Shown one piece after another: positions 19,650-28,511 of a stretch of 64,000 bases of DNA; within the stretch, counting starts at the first letter, position 1; every line of letters begins with the position of its first letter. A model generated the notes under the pieces. The model was given only the letters and a program-made list of their open reading frames with translations, did not search any database and was not told where the DNA came from. The position numbers were made by a program, and so were the translations under genes. Source of the DNA: Candidatus Poribacteria bacterium (lineage in GTDB: Bacteria; Poribacteria; WGA-4E; WGA-3G); contig OZ243938.1 in NCBI GenBank assembly GCA_965214095.1, positions 544,001-608,000 of the forward strand, written 5' to 3'.

Positions 19650-21070
19650 ACGAACACCCAAACATTCTCTTTATCAACACTGACCAACACACTTGGGATG
19701 CAATATCCGCCTATGGAAATCCGTATCTTAATACTCCGAATATTGACCTACTCCACCAGAACGGAACTTCTTTTAGGAAATCCTACTGTACCGATCCTGT
19801 CTGTGCTGCTGCACGATCAAGTTGGGCAACTGGACTATACACATCGGAAACTGGTGTGCCTTTCAACGGCGGACAACTACATCCCGATATTCCTGATATC
19901 GGACAGCTACTTAGTAGCAACGGTTATAAGGCTTTCCATTGTGGTAAATGGCATGTACCAGGTAGAAATGTCCGCGATAGTTTTGAAGTCCTGTATTACG
20001 GAAACCGAAATATAGGTGCTGGTGGTGCTGCATATTACGATTCAGCGGCAACACATGCAGTCGCTGATTTCCTTACGAATTATGATGGCAAAGAACCTTT
20101 CTATCTGCAAATCGGATACATTGACCCTCATGATGTATGTGAATATTTACACAACCATGAGGAAAAACATATACCGAATCCATTAGAACAAGGAATACTT
20201 ACTGAAGACGATTTACCGCCATTACCGGAAAACTTCAACTATGATGAACGAGAAACTGTCCTACATCGTGTCTGTAGGAGGATTGATGGGGCACTGATCC
20301 ATGACAGAATCTTGCAAGCAGTCAAGAACTGGGATGAATATCATTGGCGATATTTCAGATGGAACTATTATAAATTTATTGAGAAAGTTGATGCCGAAAT
20401 TGGGAGAACACTTTCACTGTTAAGACAAACTCCTTTCTACGATAATACGGTGATTATCTTTAGCACTGACCACGGCGAAGCATCAGGAAGTCATCAAGGA
20501 TTCCAGAAATTCGCGCTATATGAAGAAGAAGTACATGTACCTTTTATCATCTCATGTTTAGGTGAAGGAGTACCGGTTCAGAAAGAACATTTAGATGAGA
20601 AGTATTTTGTCTCTGGAGTGGACATATTTCCAACCATCTGTGACTATGCCGGTATTGATATTCCTGAAACGTGTCAAGGAATGAGTCTCCGTCCGTTAGC
20701 AGAAGGCGAAGATATTCCTTGGCGGGAATATGCTTACATTGAAAGTAATTATTGGGGACGCTCAATTGTCACTGATGCCTACAAATACATTACTGAATAT
20801 AAGCCAAAAGATATAGAAGACTTCATACCACCCGGTCCAGATTCTGAACAACTTGGTCTTGTGCAGCTGTTTGATAGAAACAAAGATCCTTATGAAACTT
20901 TCAATCTCGTTGATTCACCAGAACATCAGAACGTTATTAATGCTTGTAGAGATAAACTCATTGAACAAGAAAATCGTCTTAATAGACGAGAAATTGTCCA
21001 GCAGAATCCGAAGAGAACTATAACAAATTGGGGTAATCGCCTCCGTGAGTATTGGATACACGGAAGGTAA
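19646..21070 (+). CDS. Sulfatase
   Basis: PNILFINTDQH, CAAARSSWATG, GKWH and STDHG motifs. Confidence 0.9.
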   Translation: MNEHPNILFINTDQHTWDAISAYGNPYLNTPNIDLLHQNGTSFRKSYCTDPVCAAARSSWATGLYTSETGVPFNGGQLHPDIPDIGQLLSSNGYKAFHCGKWHVPGRNVRDSFEVLYYGNRNIGAGGAAYYDSAATHAVADFLTNYDGKEPFYLQIGYIDPHDVCEYLHNHEEKHIPNPLEQGILTEDDLPPLPENFNYDERETVLHRVCRRIDGALIHDRILQAVKNWDEYHWRYFRWNYYKFIEKVDAEIGRTLSLLRQTPFYDNTVIIFSTDHGEASGSHQGFQKFALYEEEVHVPFIISCLGEGVPVQKEHLDEKYFVSGVDIFPTICDYAGIDIPETCQGMSLRPLAEGEDIPWREYAYIESNYWGRSIVTDAYKYITEYKPKDIEDFIPPGPDSEQLGLVQLFDRNKDPYETFNLVDSPEHQNVINACRDKLIEQENRLNRREIVQQNPKRTITNWGNRLREYWIHGR

Positions 21071-21082
21071 AACATAAATCAT

Positions 21083-21185
21083 TATAGCGAATTATAAATA
21101 TAAGTTGACACTTTCGACCCACGGTAGGCGAGGTTTCCTAACCTCGCCTACGCAGAGTGTTCAAGTAATTTCAAAATCTACTATA
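21083..21185. mobile_element. 103-bp MITE with single REP (copy 1 of 3)
   Basis: TATAG...ACTATA ends with REP GGTAGGCGAGGTTTCCTAACCTCGCC. Near-identical copies at 24262 and 63774. Confidence 0.85.
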
Positions 21186-21209
21186 ACACAAAATTCAGGA
21201 TAGAAGCAG

Positions 21210-22385
21210 ATGAATATTTTTTCAAAAAGGTTAAATCGTCTACCACCATACATGTTTGGTAAACTCAAGCAATTGACTTATGAAAGACGGCAACAGGGAA
21301 TAGATGTTATCGATTTAGGGATGGGCAATCCGAATCAACCCACCCCGCAACCTATAATTGATAAACTCACAGATGCAGCCCAAGAACTGAGAAATCACCG
21401 TTATTCTGCATCTCGTGGGATATACAATTTTCGTAGAGAAGTGAGTTGGCACTATGAACGTAGGTACAATGTAGATATTGATCCAAATGAAGAAGCAATT
21501 TCTGTCATCGGGACAAAGGAAGGTTTTGGACACCTTGCTTTAGCATTGATTGATGAGGGCGACCTGGCGATGGTGCCTAACCCGACATTTCCTATTCACA
21601 TGTATAGTATCGTTCTTGCAGGTGGTAGTGTTGTCAGTATCCCATTGTCTGAAGAGAATGATTTTGTGCCTTCTCTTGAAGAGATAACTCGGGATATATG
21701 GCCAAGACCGAAGGTGTTGATATTGAGCTTTCCCCACAATCCAACTGGTGCTGTCGTGGAATTAGATTTCTTTGAAGAAGTCGTTCATTTTGCAAAACAG
21801 CAAGATATGATAGTCATACATGATTTAGCGTACGCTGATATTGTGTTTGATGGGTACCAAGCACCGAGTTTCTTGCAAGCAAAAGGTGCGAAAGATGTTG
21901 GCGTAGAGTTTATTTCTCTTTCCAAATCGTATAACATGGCAGGGTGGCGTTGCGGATTCGCTGCCGGAAACAGAGACATTATTGAGGCACTCGCAAGAAT
22001 TAAAGGCTATTACGATTACGGTATCTTTGCTCCCATTCAGGTTGCTGCAATCATGGCTCTCCGCACACCAGAAGATGTCGTTGCAGAAAACGCAGATATA
22101 TACCGCAAACGGCGAGATGTGCTTGTTGAAGGACTAAACCGTATGGGATGGAAAGTGTCAAAACCGCAAGCTTCTATGTTTGTCTGGGCACCAATCCCTG
22201 AAACCTGGAAACACCTTAACTCATTGGATTTTTCCATGAAACTCCTGAATGAAGCGGAGGTATGCGTTTCACCGGGGGCTGGTTTTGGACACAACGGTGA
22301 AGGATATATCCGTATTGCACTTGTAGAAAATGAGGATAGAATTCGACAAGCATTGCGCCAAATTCGCAGGGCATTGTTTGGATAA
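21210..22385 (+). CDS. PLP aminotransferase class I/II (AlaC/DapL-like)
   Basis: FPHNPTG, HDLAY and SLSKSYNMAGWRCG motifs. Confidence 0.92.
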   Translation: MNIFSKRLNRLPPYMFGKLKQLTYERRQQGIDVIDLGMGNPNQPTPQPIIDKLTDAAQELRNHRYSASRGIYNFRREVSWHYERRYNVDIDPNEEAISVIGTKEGFGHLALALIDEGDLAMVPNPTFPIHMYSIVLAGGSVVSIPLSEENDFVPSLEEITRDIWPRPKVLILSFPHNPTGAVVELDFFEEVVHFAKQQDMIVIHDLAYADIVFDGYQAPSFLQAKGAKDVGVEFISLSKSYNMAGWRCGFAAGNRDIIEALARIKGYYDYGIFAPIQVAAIMALRTPEDVVAENADIYRKRRDVLVEGLNRMGWKVSKPQASMFVWAPIPETWKHLNSLDFSMKLLNEAEVCVSPGAGFGHNGEGYIRIALVENEDRIRQALRQIRRALFG

Positions 22386-22487
22386 CGATTAATCAATATG
22401 TATACAAAGTATACATATCAGTCGGGATATGTATAGAAAATGCGAAAAAGTATACATATCCGACCAAAGATTATAGAAATTGCCTTG

Positions 22488-22577
22488 TACCAAATTAACC
22501 TAAATCGTAGGGGCAGGGTTCCCCTGCCCGCCCGTGTTTTCAGCATCAAAAACAATACAGATCTCGTTAATTTGGTA
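22488..22577. mobile_element. 90-bp MITE-like element with REP
   Basis: Perfect 12-bp TIR TACCAAATTAAC / GTTAATTTGGTA. Internal GTAGGGGCAGGGTTCCCCTGCCC. Confidence 0.65.
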
Positions 22578-22605
22578 TTAGAACTCTACCGTATAAAGGC
22601 TAATT

Positions 22606-23508
22606 CTATTCCAATCCCCACTGTTTCTTCGCTTCTTCAAATGAAATCTTCTGACCGCCAGTATGGGATATTGGATTTTTACCCACCCAACGCTCATCAA
22701 TCGGGTGTTCAGCGGGTTGAAATCGGATGTCACAACTGATACGCCACCGATCTGATAGATTCTTCGTTGAGGTGTGCATCGTGTGCATCGTAAAGACGAT
22801 TATATCACCCATCTCAAAATCTGTCGTTTTCCATTCTCCTCCATACTTATCACTGATTGCCATAGGATCTCTACCAAAATGTCCTGGTGTGCCATCCTTA
22901 TCCACATCGGTTTTGCCATAAGTGTTACGCACAGGTGCAAAACTATCCAAACGATGTGAACCTTCAAGCAAAGTGAGTGTACCCATCGTCGCAGGCACAT
23001 CCCCGAAGGGAATCCAGCAGGTGTGTAACTGCTTTGAACCTCTTCCCATATAGACAAAATCAAAATGCGGACCAGACCAACCATCAGGTCGGACAAAACG
23101 TAGCCACTTGTAGTCAAACGTACGTGTCTCACCTTCAAAGAAATTGCGGAAGAACGCAAAAAGTTCATCACCTTCCAAAACAGAAAGTACATCTGGATGA
23201 TGTGTAACAGCAGGTGCACCCATCGTACGTCCCGGACTACCTGAACCAGCAATTGCATCCATCATATCAGTTCCCGGTTTGAATACTTCATCTTTCCCAT
23301 TTCCTTCTGCATATTCAAGAATAGCGCGTCGTGCTGCATTAACCTTATCCTTATCAATTAAGCCCCGAACGAGTAAATACCCATCTTCTGCTATTTGTTG
23401 ATGCAGTCCTTCTGCGGAATCAAGCACGTCGTTGCAATCCCGCAATACACCAAGGTGTGGTCCAGGAAAGGATACCTCGTGATCTCCGACAAATACGGTT
23501 TCAGCCAT
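22606..23508 (-). CDS. Phytanoyl-CoA dioxygenase (PhyH) family
   Basis: PHFD (HxD), EGSH, GD...H and RISCDIRFQ motifs. Confidence 0.88.
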   Translation of the reverse strand: MAETVFVGDHEVSFPGPHLGVLRDCNDVLDSAEGLHQQIAEDGYLLVRGLIDKDKVNAARRAILEYAEGNGKDEVFKPGTDMMDAIAGSGSPGRTMGAPAVTHHPDVLSVLEGDELFAFFRNFFEGETRTFDYKWLRFVRPDGWSGPHFDFVYMGRGSKQLHTCWIPFGDVPATMGTLTLLEGSHRLDSFAPVRNTYGKTDVDKDGTPGHFGRDPMAISDKYGGEWKTTDFEMGDIIVFTMHTMHTSTKNLSDRWRISCDIRFQPAEHPIDERWVGKNPISHTGGQKISFEEAKKQWGLE

Positions 23509-24148
23509 TGTTTTCCTCCGAATAGGGTTTTACCCCAAGTTGTAAAAGTGCTTTGTTATACGATGAATCAAAGGTGTAAACTGGTTTTCTCCATTTCAAT
23601 ATTGTATGTGCAAATTCTAAGGTCTTACTACCTTCAGCAGCATGTGCAATCAATACCTTATTTGCTAAAGCAGCGACAAATGCATTGCGTTTACTTGCCA
23701 ATTGAGCATTTTGCTTCGGTCTGTTTTCAAAAATGGATACAATCAGTAACCTGTCTTCTGCTAAAGGCTTTATCCATTCTTGTTTTATACGCATATTTTC
23801 AATACTTCGTGCTGGACTAATAATAATCGGTTGTGAACCACGAAGCAACACTCGTAAACATTCCTTTTCAATAGGTGAATGAAACCCACCGATTGTTGGT
23901 ATACCTTTATTTTTGAACTCCTGTGCTAAGTCGTGTGCCTTTAGTATAATCTCTCCAGGACATTTGCTGGAACAGAATATTGCCCACAGAACTCCTTCGT
24001 CGGCATCGTTTCGTCTACATGTCAGCAGATCTAAATCCCCACGCGTCCATATCGTTTCTGGAGTATCGGCATTTAAATATACCTTTATTGAAGATGGATA
24101 GTTTTTGTCTGTTTGCGTAATGTGTTGAATTTGCGGTGTCGCTTCCAA
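23501..24148 (-). CDS. Short DprA/Smf-like (SLOG) protein
   Basis: FCSSKCPG, GGFHSPIEKECL and RNAFVAALA motifs. Confidence 0.8.
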   Translation of the reverse strand: MEATPQIQHITQTDKNYPSSIKVYLNADTPETIWTRGDLDLLTCRRNDADEGVLWAIFCSSKCPGEIILKAHDLAQEFKNKGIPTIGGFHSPIEKECLRVLLRGSQPIIISPARSIENMRIKQEWIKPLAEDRLLIVSIFENRPKQNAQLASKRNAFVAALANKVLIAHAAEGSKTLEFAHTILKWRKPVYTFDSSYNKALLQLGVKPYSEENNG

Positions 24149-24172
24149 AGTTAATAATTTATTATGCGGTAT

Positions 24173-24210
24173 TTAATCGTTCACTTAATCGTTCACTTAA
24201 TCGTTCACTT
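24173..24210. repeat. 12-bp tandem repeat TTAATCGTTCAC x3
   Basis: Read directly. The same unit recurs at about 24394-24431. Confidence 0.85.
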
Positions 24211-24261
24211 TTCCGATAAATCCATTTATATCCTTTCTATTAGAAAGCAGTGAACGCCTAT

Positions 24262-24364
24262 TATAGTAAATTATGAATAAAAGTTGACACTTTCACCCCA
24301 CGGTAGGCGAGGTTTCCTAACCTCGTCGATGCAGAGTGTTCAAGTAATTCCAAAATCTACTATA
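24262..24364. mobile_element. 103-bp MITE with single REP (copy 2 of 3)
   Basis: TATAGT...ACTATA ends; near-identical to 21083-21185. Confidence 0.85.
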
Positions 24365-24417
24365 TACAAGTATTTATGGAGAATATCAGTTGCCTAATCG
24401 CTTACCTAATCGTTCAC

Positions 24418-25815
24418 TTAATCGTTCACTTTCTTAATATATCTGGTTCCTCTACCTTTTCCTTCCACAGTTAATAATCCTTTATCCACCATATCCCTTA
24501 AGTCCTCATAAGCAATGCGAAATGAAATCTGGTTAATTTCTACGTATTCCTTTCTTGCAATCTGTCCATTCGTTTGTACATAGAACAACGCATTCTTTTG
24601 TCTATCATTTAATTGTTCCGAAATATCATCAATTTCTACAAAAGTCGTATCTTGGATCGGTGAATCAAAGATCACTTTGGTTTCAAGTGGGTGCAGCTCG
24701 TAACGTGGTTCTTTGTTTTTCCACTCTTTACACAATCTCTGCATCATTATAATGCCAGATCCGTACTTTTCAACGAAACCCACATCATACATCAATTGGC
24801 TCAATATAGGATTTACCGGTCTGTGGATTGGTTTATGTGGACTAACGTCTTCAGGAAAACTGCCAGGATTAATAACCTCAACTCGGTCATCAAAGATAAA
24901 AACTCGCACATCAGCAGGTTCTTGATAATTGCGATGAATTAATCCGTTGATAATTGCTTCCCGTAGTGCTTCAATTGGATACTCAAACTTATCGTCTCGT
25001 TGAAAACTTCTTGACCCTCGAAGACTGAGCAGTCGAATATTTCTTCTAATAAATTCCTCAGCAGCATTAACGATTTCCCAGAGTGTTCCTGAACAATCGA
25101 GTCTATCAATGACTGGGTGAGTTACCGATGTTCCCCTAAATTTGACTACCCGCAATTGTGCATTTTGGAAAAATCTTTGAGGATGTTTACCAAAAAAGAG
25201 AATTCCCGCATGAGTCGGTGTTTTTTCATCGTCAATACAATTAATATTCCTCAACAAGTCTGTCGTCCTCATGCTTTGTAATTGTGTTACATTCCGTCGC
25301 GTTTCTCTTTGAGTCAGGTACCATTGGATCTTTTGTTCATCTATATCGTCATTTCTGGCACTTGCGACTGAGAGTTGATCCCACGTTTGACCGACAGACT
25401 TGAGGTGCATCTGCGCAATCTCTTGTGGTGACATGACTCGGTTGCTATTCCCTACTCTCTTATAGCATATTCCTTTAGCAGAGACAGGTTTTATTGAAGA
25501 TTCTGTAATATGCACTAAAAGCACTGATTTTCCTTCTACGTCAACCGATTCAACTTCCAACATCACTCGCGGATCAATTGCTTGTGAAATCCAGTTCGCC
25601 GCATCTCTTAGTGTTTCTTTCCCGATGGTAATGCCAATAATTTTCCCAACATCAGAAACACCAACGAAAATAATACCAGTATTAGTATTCGCAAATGCAA
25701 CAGCGGTTTCAATTGCTTCTTGTCCAACCCGTTCTTTAAATTCGGTTGTGTTACCTTCACCTTGCTTAATGAGTTGTTTGAGTTCTGCTGTTTGCATAGT
25801 GTTGATAACTGCCAC
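24418..25815 (-). CDS. AlbA_2/Schlafen domain + RecG-C/HATPase-like ATP-binding + wHTH protein
   Basis: GEGNTTEFK, VAFANT, ALREAIINGLIHRNY, NPG and GSGI motifs; C-terminal GKGRGTRY. Confidence 0.88.
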   Translation of the reverse strand: MAVINTMQTAELKQLIKQGEGNTTEFKERVGQEAIETAVAFANTNTGIIFVGVSDVGKIIGITIGKETLRDAANWISQAIDPRVMLEVESVDVEGKSVLLVHITESSIKPVSAKGICYKRVGNSNRVMSPQEIAQMHLKSVGQTWDQLSVASARNDDIDEQKIQWYLTQRETRRNVTQLQSMRTTDLLRNINCIDDEKTPTHAGILFFGKHPQRFFQNAQLRVVKFRGTSVTHPVIDRLDCSGTLWEIVNAAEEFIRRNIRLLSLRGSRSFQRDDKFEYPIEALREAIINGLIHRNYQEPADVRVFIFDDRVEVINPGSFPEDVSPHKPIHRPVNPILSQLMYDVGFVEKYGSGIIMMQRLCKEWKNKEPRYELHPLETKVIFDSPIQDTTFVEIDDISEQLNDRQKNALFYVQTNGQIARKEYVEINQISFRIAYEDLRDMVDKGLLTVEGKGRGTRYIKKVND

Positions 25816-25846
25816 TTACCTATTTTTCAAAGGGTTTCAGTAAAGG

Positions 25847-26281
25847 TCAAACAGTCCGTTCCTGTTTGAGTTTTTCTATCTCCTGCAGTAAGTTTTCAAT
25901 CTGCTTGTGTAGTGATTCTATTTGATGATCTTGTTTTTTGATGTTTTTTCCCTGCATTGCAACGATGATTTGGGGTATACCAACAACCGCAGCAATAAAT
26001 CCGACCAAAACGATAACTAACGTGAAAATATTGTCTAAACGTTTACCCATTTCAGTAATTGAAGCATTTACCGGACGAATTTCCTTTGCTATCTCTTGTG
26101 TGACATATTCTTTCATTCGCTTCTCAGTGGTATCTACATATTCTTTCATTCGCTTTTCAGATGCTTCAACTTCCTCTTTGACAACTAACCGAATCTTGTT
26201 CAGGTCCGCATCTATTAGTTGACTGTAAGCAGTTAAATTAAAGAACAATAGTCCAACGATCAAAGCCATCATTAATTTCAT
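25847..26281 (-). CDS. Signal peptide + coiled-coil + TM hypothetical protein
   Basis: Internal duplication EKRMKEYV x2 and an AAGGAG RBS. Confidence 0.7.
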   Translation of the reverse strand: MKLMMALIVGLLFFNLTAYSQLIDADLNKIRLVVKEEVEASEKRMKEYVDTTEKRMKEYVTQEIAKEIRPVNASITEMGKRLDNIFTLVIVLVGFIAAVVGIPQIIVAMQGKNIKKQDHQIESLHKQIENLLQEIEKLKQERTV

Positions 26282-26313
26282 TTACGTCTCCTTCAACATG
26301 TTGGTCATTTATT

Positions 26314-26513
26314 TTATTCTTCCCAAAAATTTTCAACAGGAAACGGTTTGCTGTGTCCTTTGTATATCAACTTAACCCGTATTGTCCCAATTCACGTGGT
26401 GGCGTGGTTATAGTAGCACCCCAATCAAGTAGACCTTCTTCGTGATATGAAAGAAAGGTGAAGTGTTGCTCCTGTTTGCCGTTAGTTGTGTTTGTGTGTT
26501 GTGGTGTTTTCAT
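26314..26513 (-). pseudogene. Small ORF, possibly frameshifted
   Basis: AAGGAG RBS, then a 48-aa ORF (MKTPQH...) stopping at 26367. An alternative frame continues GTIRVKLIYKGHSKPFPVENFWEE to TAA at 26314. Confidence 0.35.
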
Positions 26514-26542
26514 GAGATGTTTAAAACTCCTTGTTTACAATT

Positions 26543-26884
26543 TTAACAGAAGTTGTAGGTTAGTGCAACCACATTACAAAGGAAAGAATACACTCGGACA
26601 ATGGTCTTGAATCCCATACCATTGCAGGCACCAATTGCCAATTCTTGTTTTTGGTCTTGATACAGTAAAATGCTCTCTTCTTTAGGAAGGTACTTTCTTT
26701 CTTTTAACCGTTCCATCGTTGACCAAAGACTGTCTGTCGTCTTTAGTTTTTCTATGAGATGGTTAGCGCGGATAACTGGAATATCTGGAGATTGGACATT
26801 GCCATAGCCAATCCAATTCTCCGATACGACGGCTCCTTCATGTCCTGTGGTTGGTACCATAAACCATTTTAGTTCCAATAGCAA
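26543..26884 (-). pseudogene. Gene fragment / hypothetical
   Basis: No good start or RBS, and coding-like sequence appears to shift frame. Confidence 0.35.
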
Positions 26885-27031
26885 ACAAGTTTTTTCTGAA
26901 TGACTTACAATGGCAAGATCAACTTCCTTTGAGGTATATTTAAGTGTCCCATTCTGTTTATTGGTTTTGATATTCTATCAAATATTGACACAGAGTGCAA
27001 CAATATAACCGATAGAAAAAACAAAAAGGCA

Positions 27032-27060
27032 TTGACAGCAAGGTGTATTTACAATAAAAT
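27032..27060 (+). promoter_or_regulatory. Sigma70-like promoter
   Basis: TTGACA-17 nt-TAAAAT. Confidence 0.65.
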
Positions 27061-27089
27061 TCTACAAAACCAATATAGGGAAAATCACT

Positions 27090-27962
27090 ATGGAACACTA
27101 CTTAGATATACAAAAACCTGAGTTAGGATATACTTACGAGTTTGAAACTGACCAACTATTTCAAGCATCTGAATGTATCGAAGCACACGGATTCGCTATT
27201 ATCAAGGACGTTTTGCCGGATGAATTAGTAGACAGTTTAAAGCAAACCGTATTTGATGGCACTGATCCAAATAGAGAATTGCAACATGGACAGAGTCGTA
27301 CACGACACGCTTGGATTGAAACTGGTGAAGGTGCATGGCAATTATTAGAATACGAACCGTTTATGAAGGTACATCAACATCTTATCGGGAATGATGAGTT
27401 GACTGTGCATAGATCAGCAGCTATCATTCGGATGCCGGGTTCACATCCAGTAGCGTGGCACACAGATTGGTGTGGATTCTCACAAGACACACCAAAAAAC
27501 TCTGGTGATGTGCTTAATAGAGGCATGTGGCCATCTGGTAAATGGTTTTATATCACAGGTTCGCGTCCAGAACACGGAGGTCTCTGCGTAATTGAAGACT
27601 CGCATGTGGAAAACTGGGAAGGACCAAAAGGCTTCAAACTGACTGCAGATAAACGTTCATTCTACAAAGAGGGTGGAGAAGAAAAGGCATACAATGACTT
27701 TGATATTCCGGGTTGTGTCCCACTATTTACCAATCCTGGTGATATGATTGTATTCGCACATAGAACCTATCACGGTGCATTTCCAAACCAGATTGATGAC
27801 ATACGTTTATCATGTGCTATTGGTTTTCGTAGACGCGACCATCACATAGATATTCCTTGGGAGATACCAGAAGTTGGTAAGCAATTCTTAGCAGATTTGC
27901 CACCACATCTACACAAATATACACATGGATATACCAGCATTGATACAGGTTGGCGAGGATAG
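27090..27962 (+). CDS. PhyH-family dioxygenase
   Basis: WHTD, GGLCVIEDSH and PGD...TYHG motifs. Confidence 0.88.
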   Translation: MEHYLDIQKPELGYTYEFETDQLFQASECIEAHGFAIIKDVLPDELVDSLKQTVFDGTDPNRELQHGQSRTRHAWIETGEGAWQLLEYEPFMKVHQHLIGNDELTVHRSAAIIRMPGSHPVAWHTDWCGFSQDTPKNSGDVLNRGMWPSGKWFYITGSRPEHGGLCVIEDSHVENWEGPKGFKLTADKRSFYKEGGEEKAYNDFDIPGCVPLFTNPGDMIVFAHRTYHGAFPNQIDDIRLSCAIGFRRRDHHIDIPWEIPEVGKQFLADLPPHLHKYTHGYTSIDTGWRG

Positions 27963-28511
27963 TCATTTAGTTGGTTGATATGTCGATAATTGACGATGAA
28001 CTTCAGGTAGTGCCCCGTTTTTTAGCCAAGTAATTGGTTGTTCTTCTGTTGTCCGTTCAGGATTTACCCAGATGATGTACCGGATTTCCCTAACTTGGCG
28101 TGATGCGTAAGCGAAAAGTGATCGGATGGTCTCGTCAAGTGAAACGATTGTTTTATCAGTTTGCATTGCCGCTTCAAGAAGATGCATATCTTTTTGTATT
28201 GCTTCAGTATCATCCTCATTGTCGGTTGTTTTGGCAATCTTGTCTTGGAGTTCTCTACTTTCTGGTGGATTTATACGAACCACTTTTCTACGTGCATCCA
28301 TTGACAACCGCCACCTTCTGGCAAAACGGGATTGATGTTGTTTCCATTCATCACTAATTTTATTGGTCATTACAAGTTTATGATTCTCTGATCTAACCAC
28401 TATTAGGAAATCACGACAATTAACAGCACGCGGGTGCGTCGCTGTTTCGCTGCCGGCGGCTTGGGCAACATCCGCGTCAATAACCAATTGTTTTGTATCG
28501 GTATGCCTCAC
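27963..28511 (-). CDS. PIN-like protein
   Basis: N-terminal LVIDADV and later DMHLLEAA...IVSLD acidic pattern typical of PIN folds. Confidence 0.6.
   Translation of the reverse strand: MRHTDTKQLVIDADVAQAAGSETATHPRAVNCRDFLIVVRSENHKLVMTNKISDEWKQHQSRFARRWRLSMDARRKVVRINPPESRELQDKIAKTTDNEDDTEAIQKDMHLLEAAMQTDKTIVSLDETIRSLFAYASRQVREIRYIIWVNPERTTEEQPITWLKNGALPEVHRQLSTYQPTK

Noticed and set aside
22440-22739. ORFs spanning repeat elements (also 6478-6759, 29855-30118, 37649-37849)
   Set aside because: They run through MITE/REP sequence and are probably spurious.
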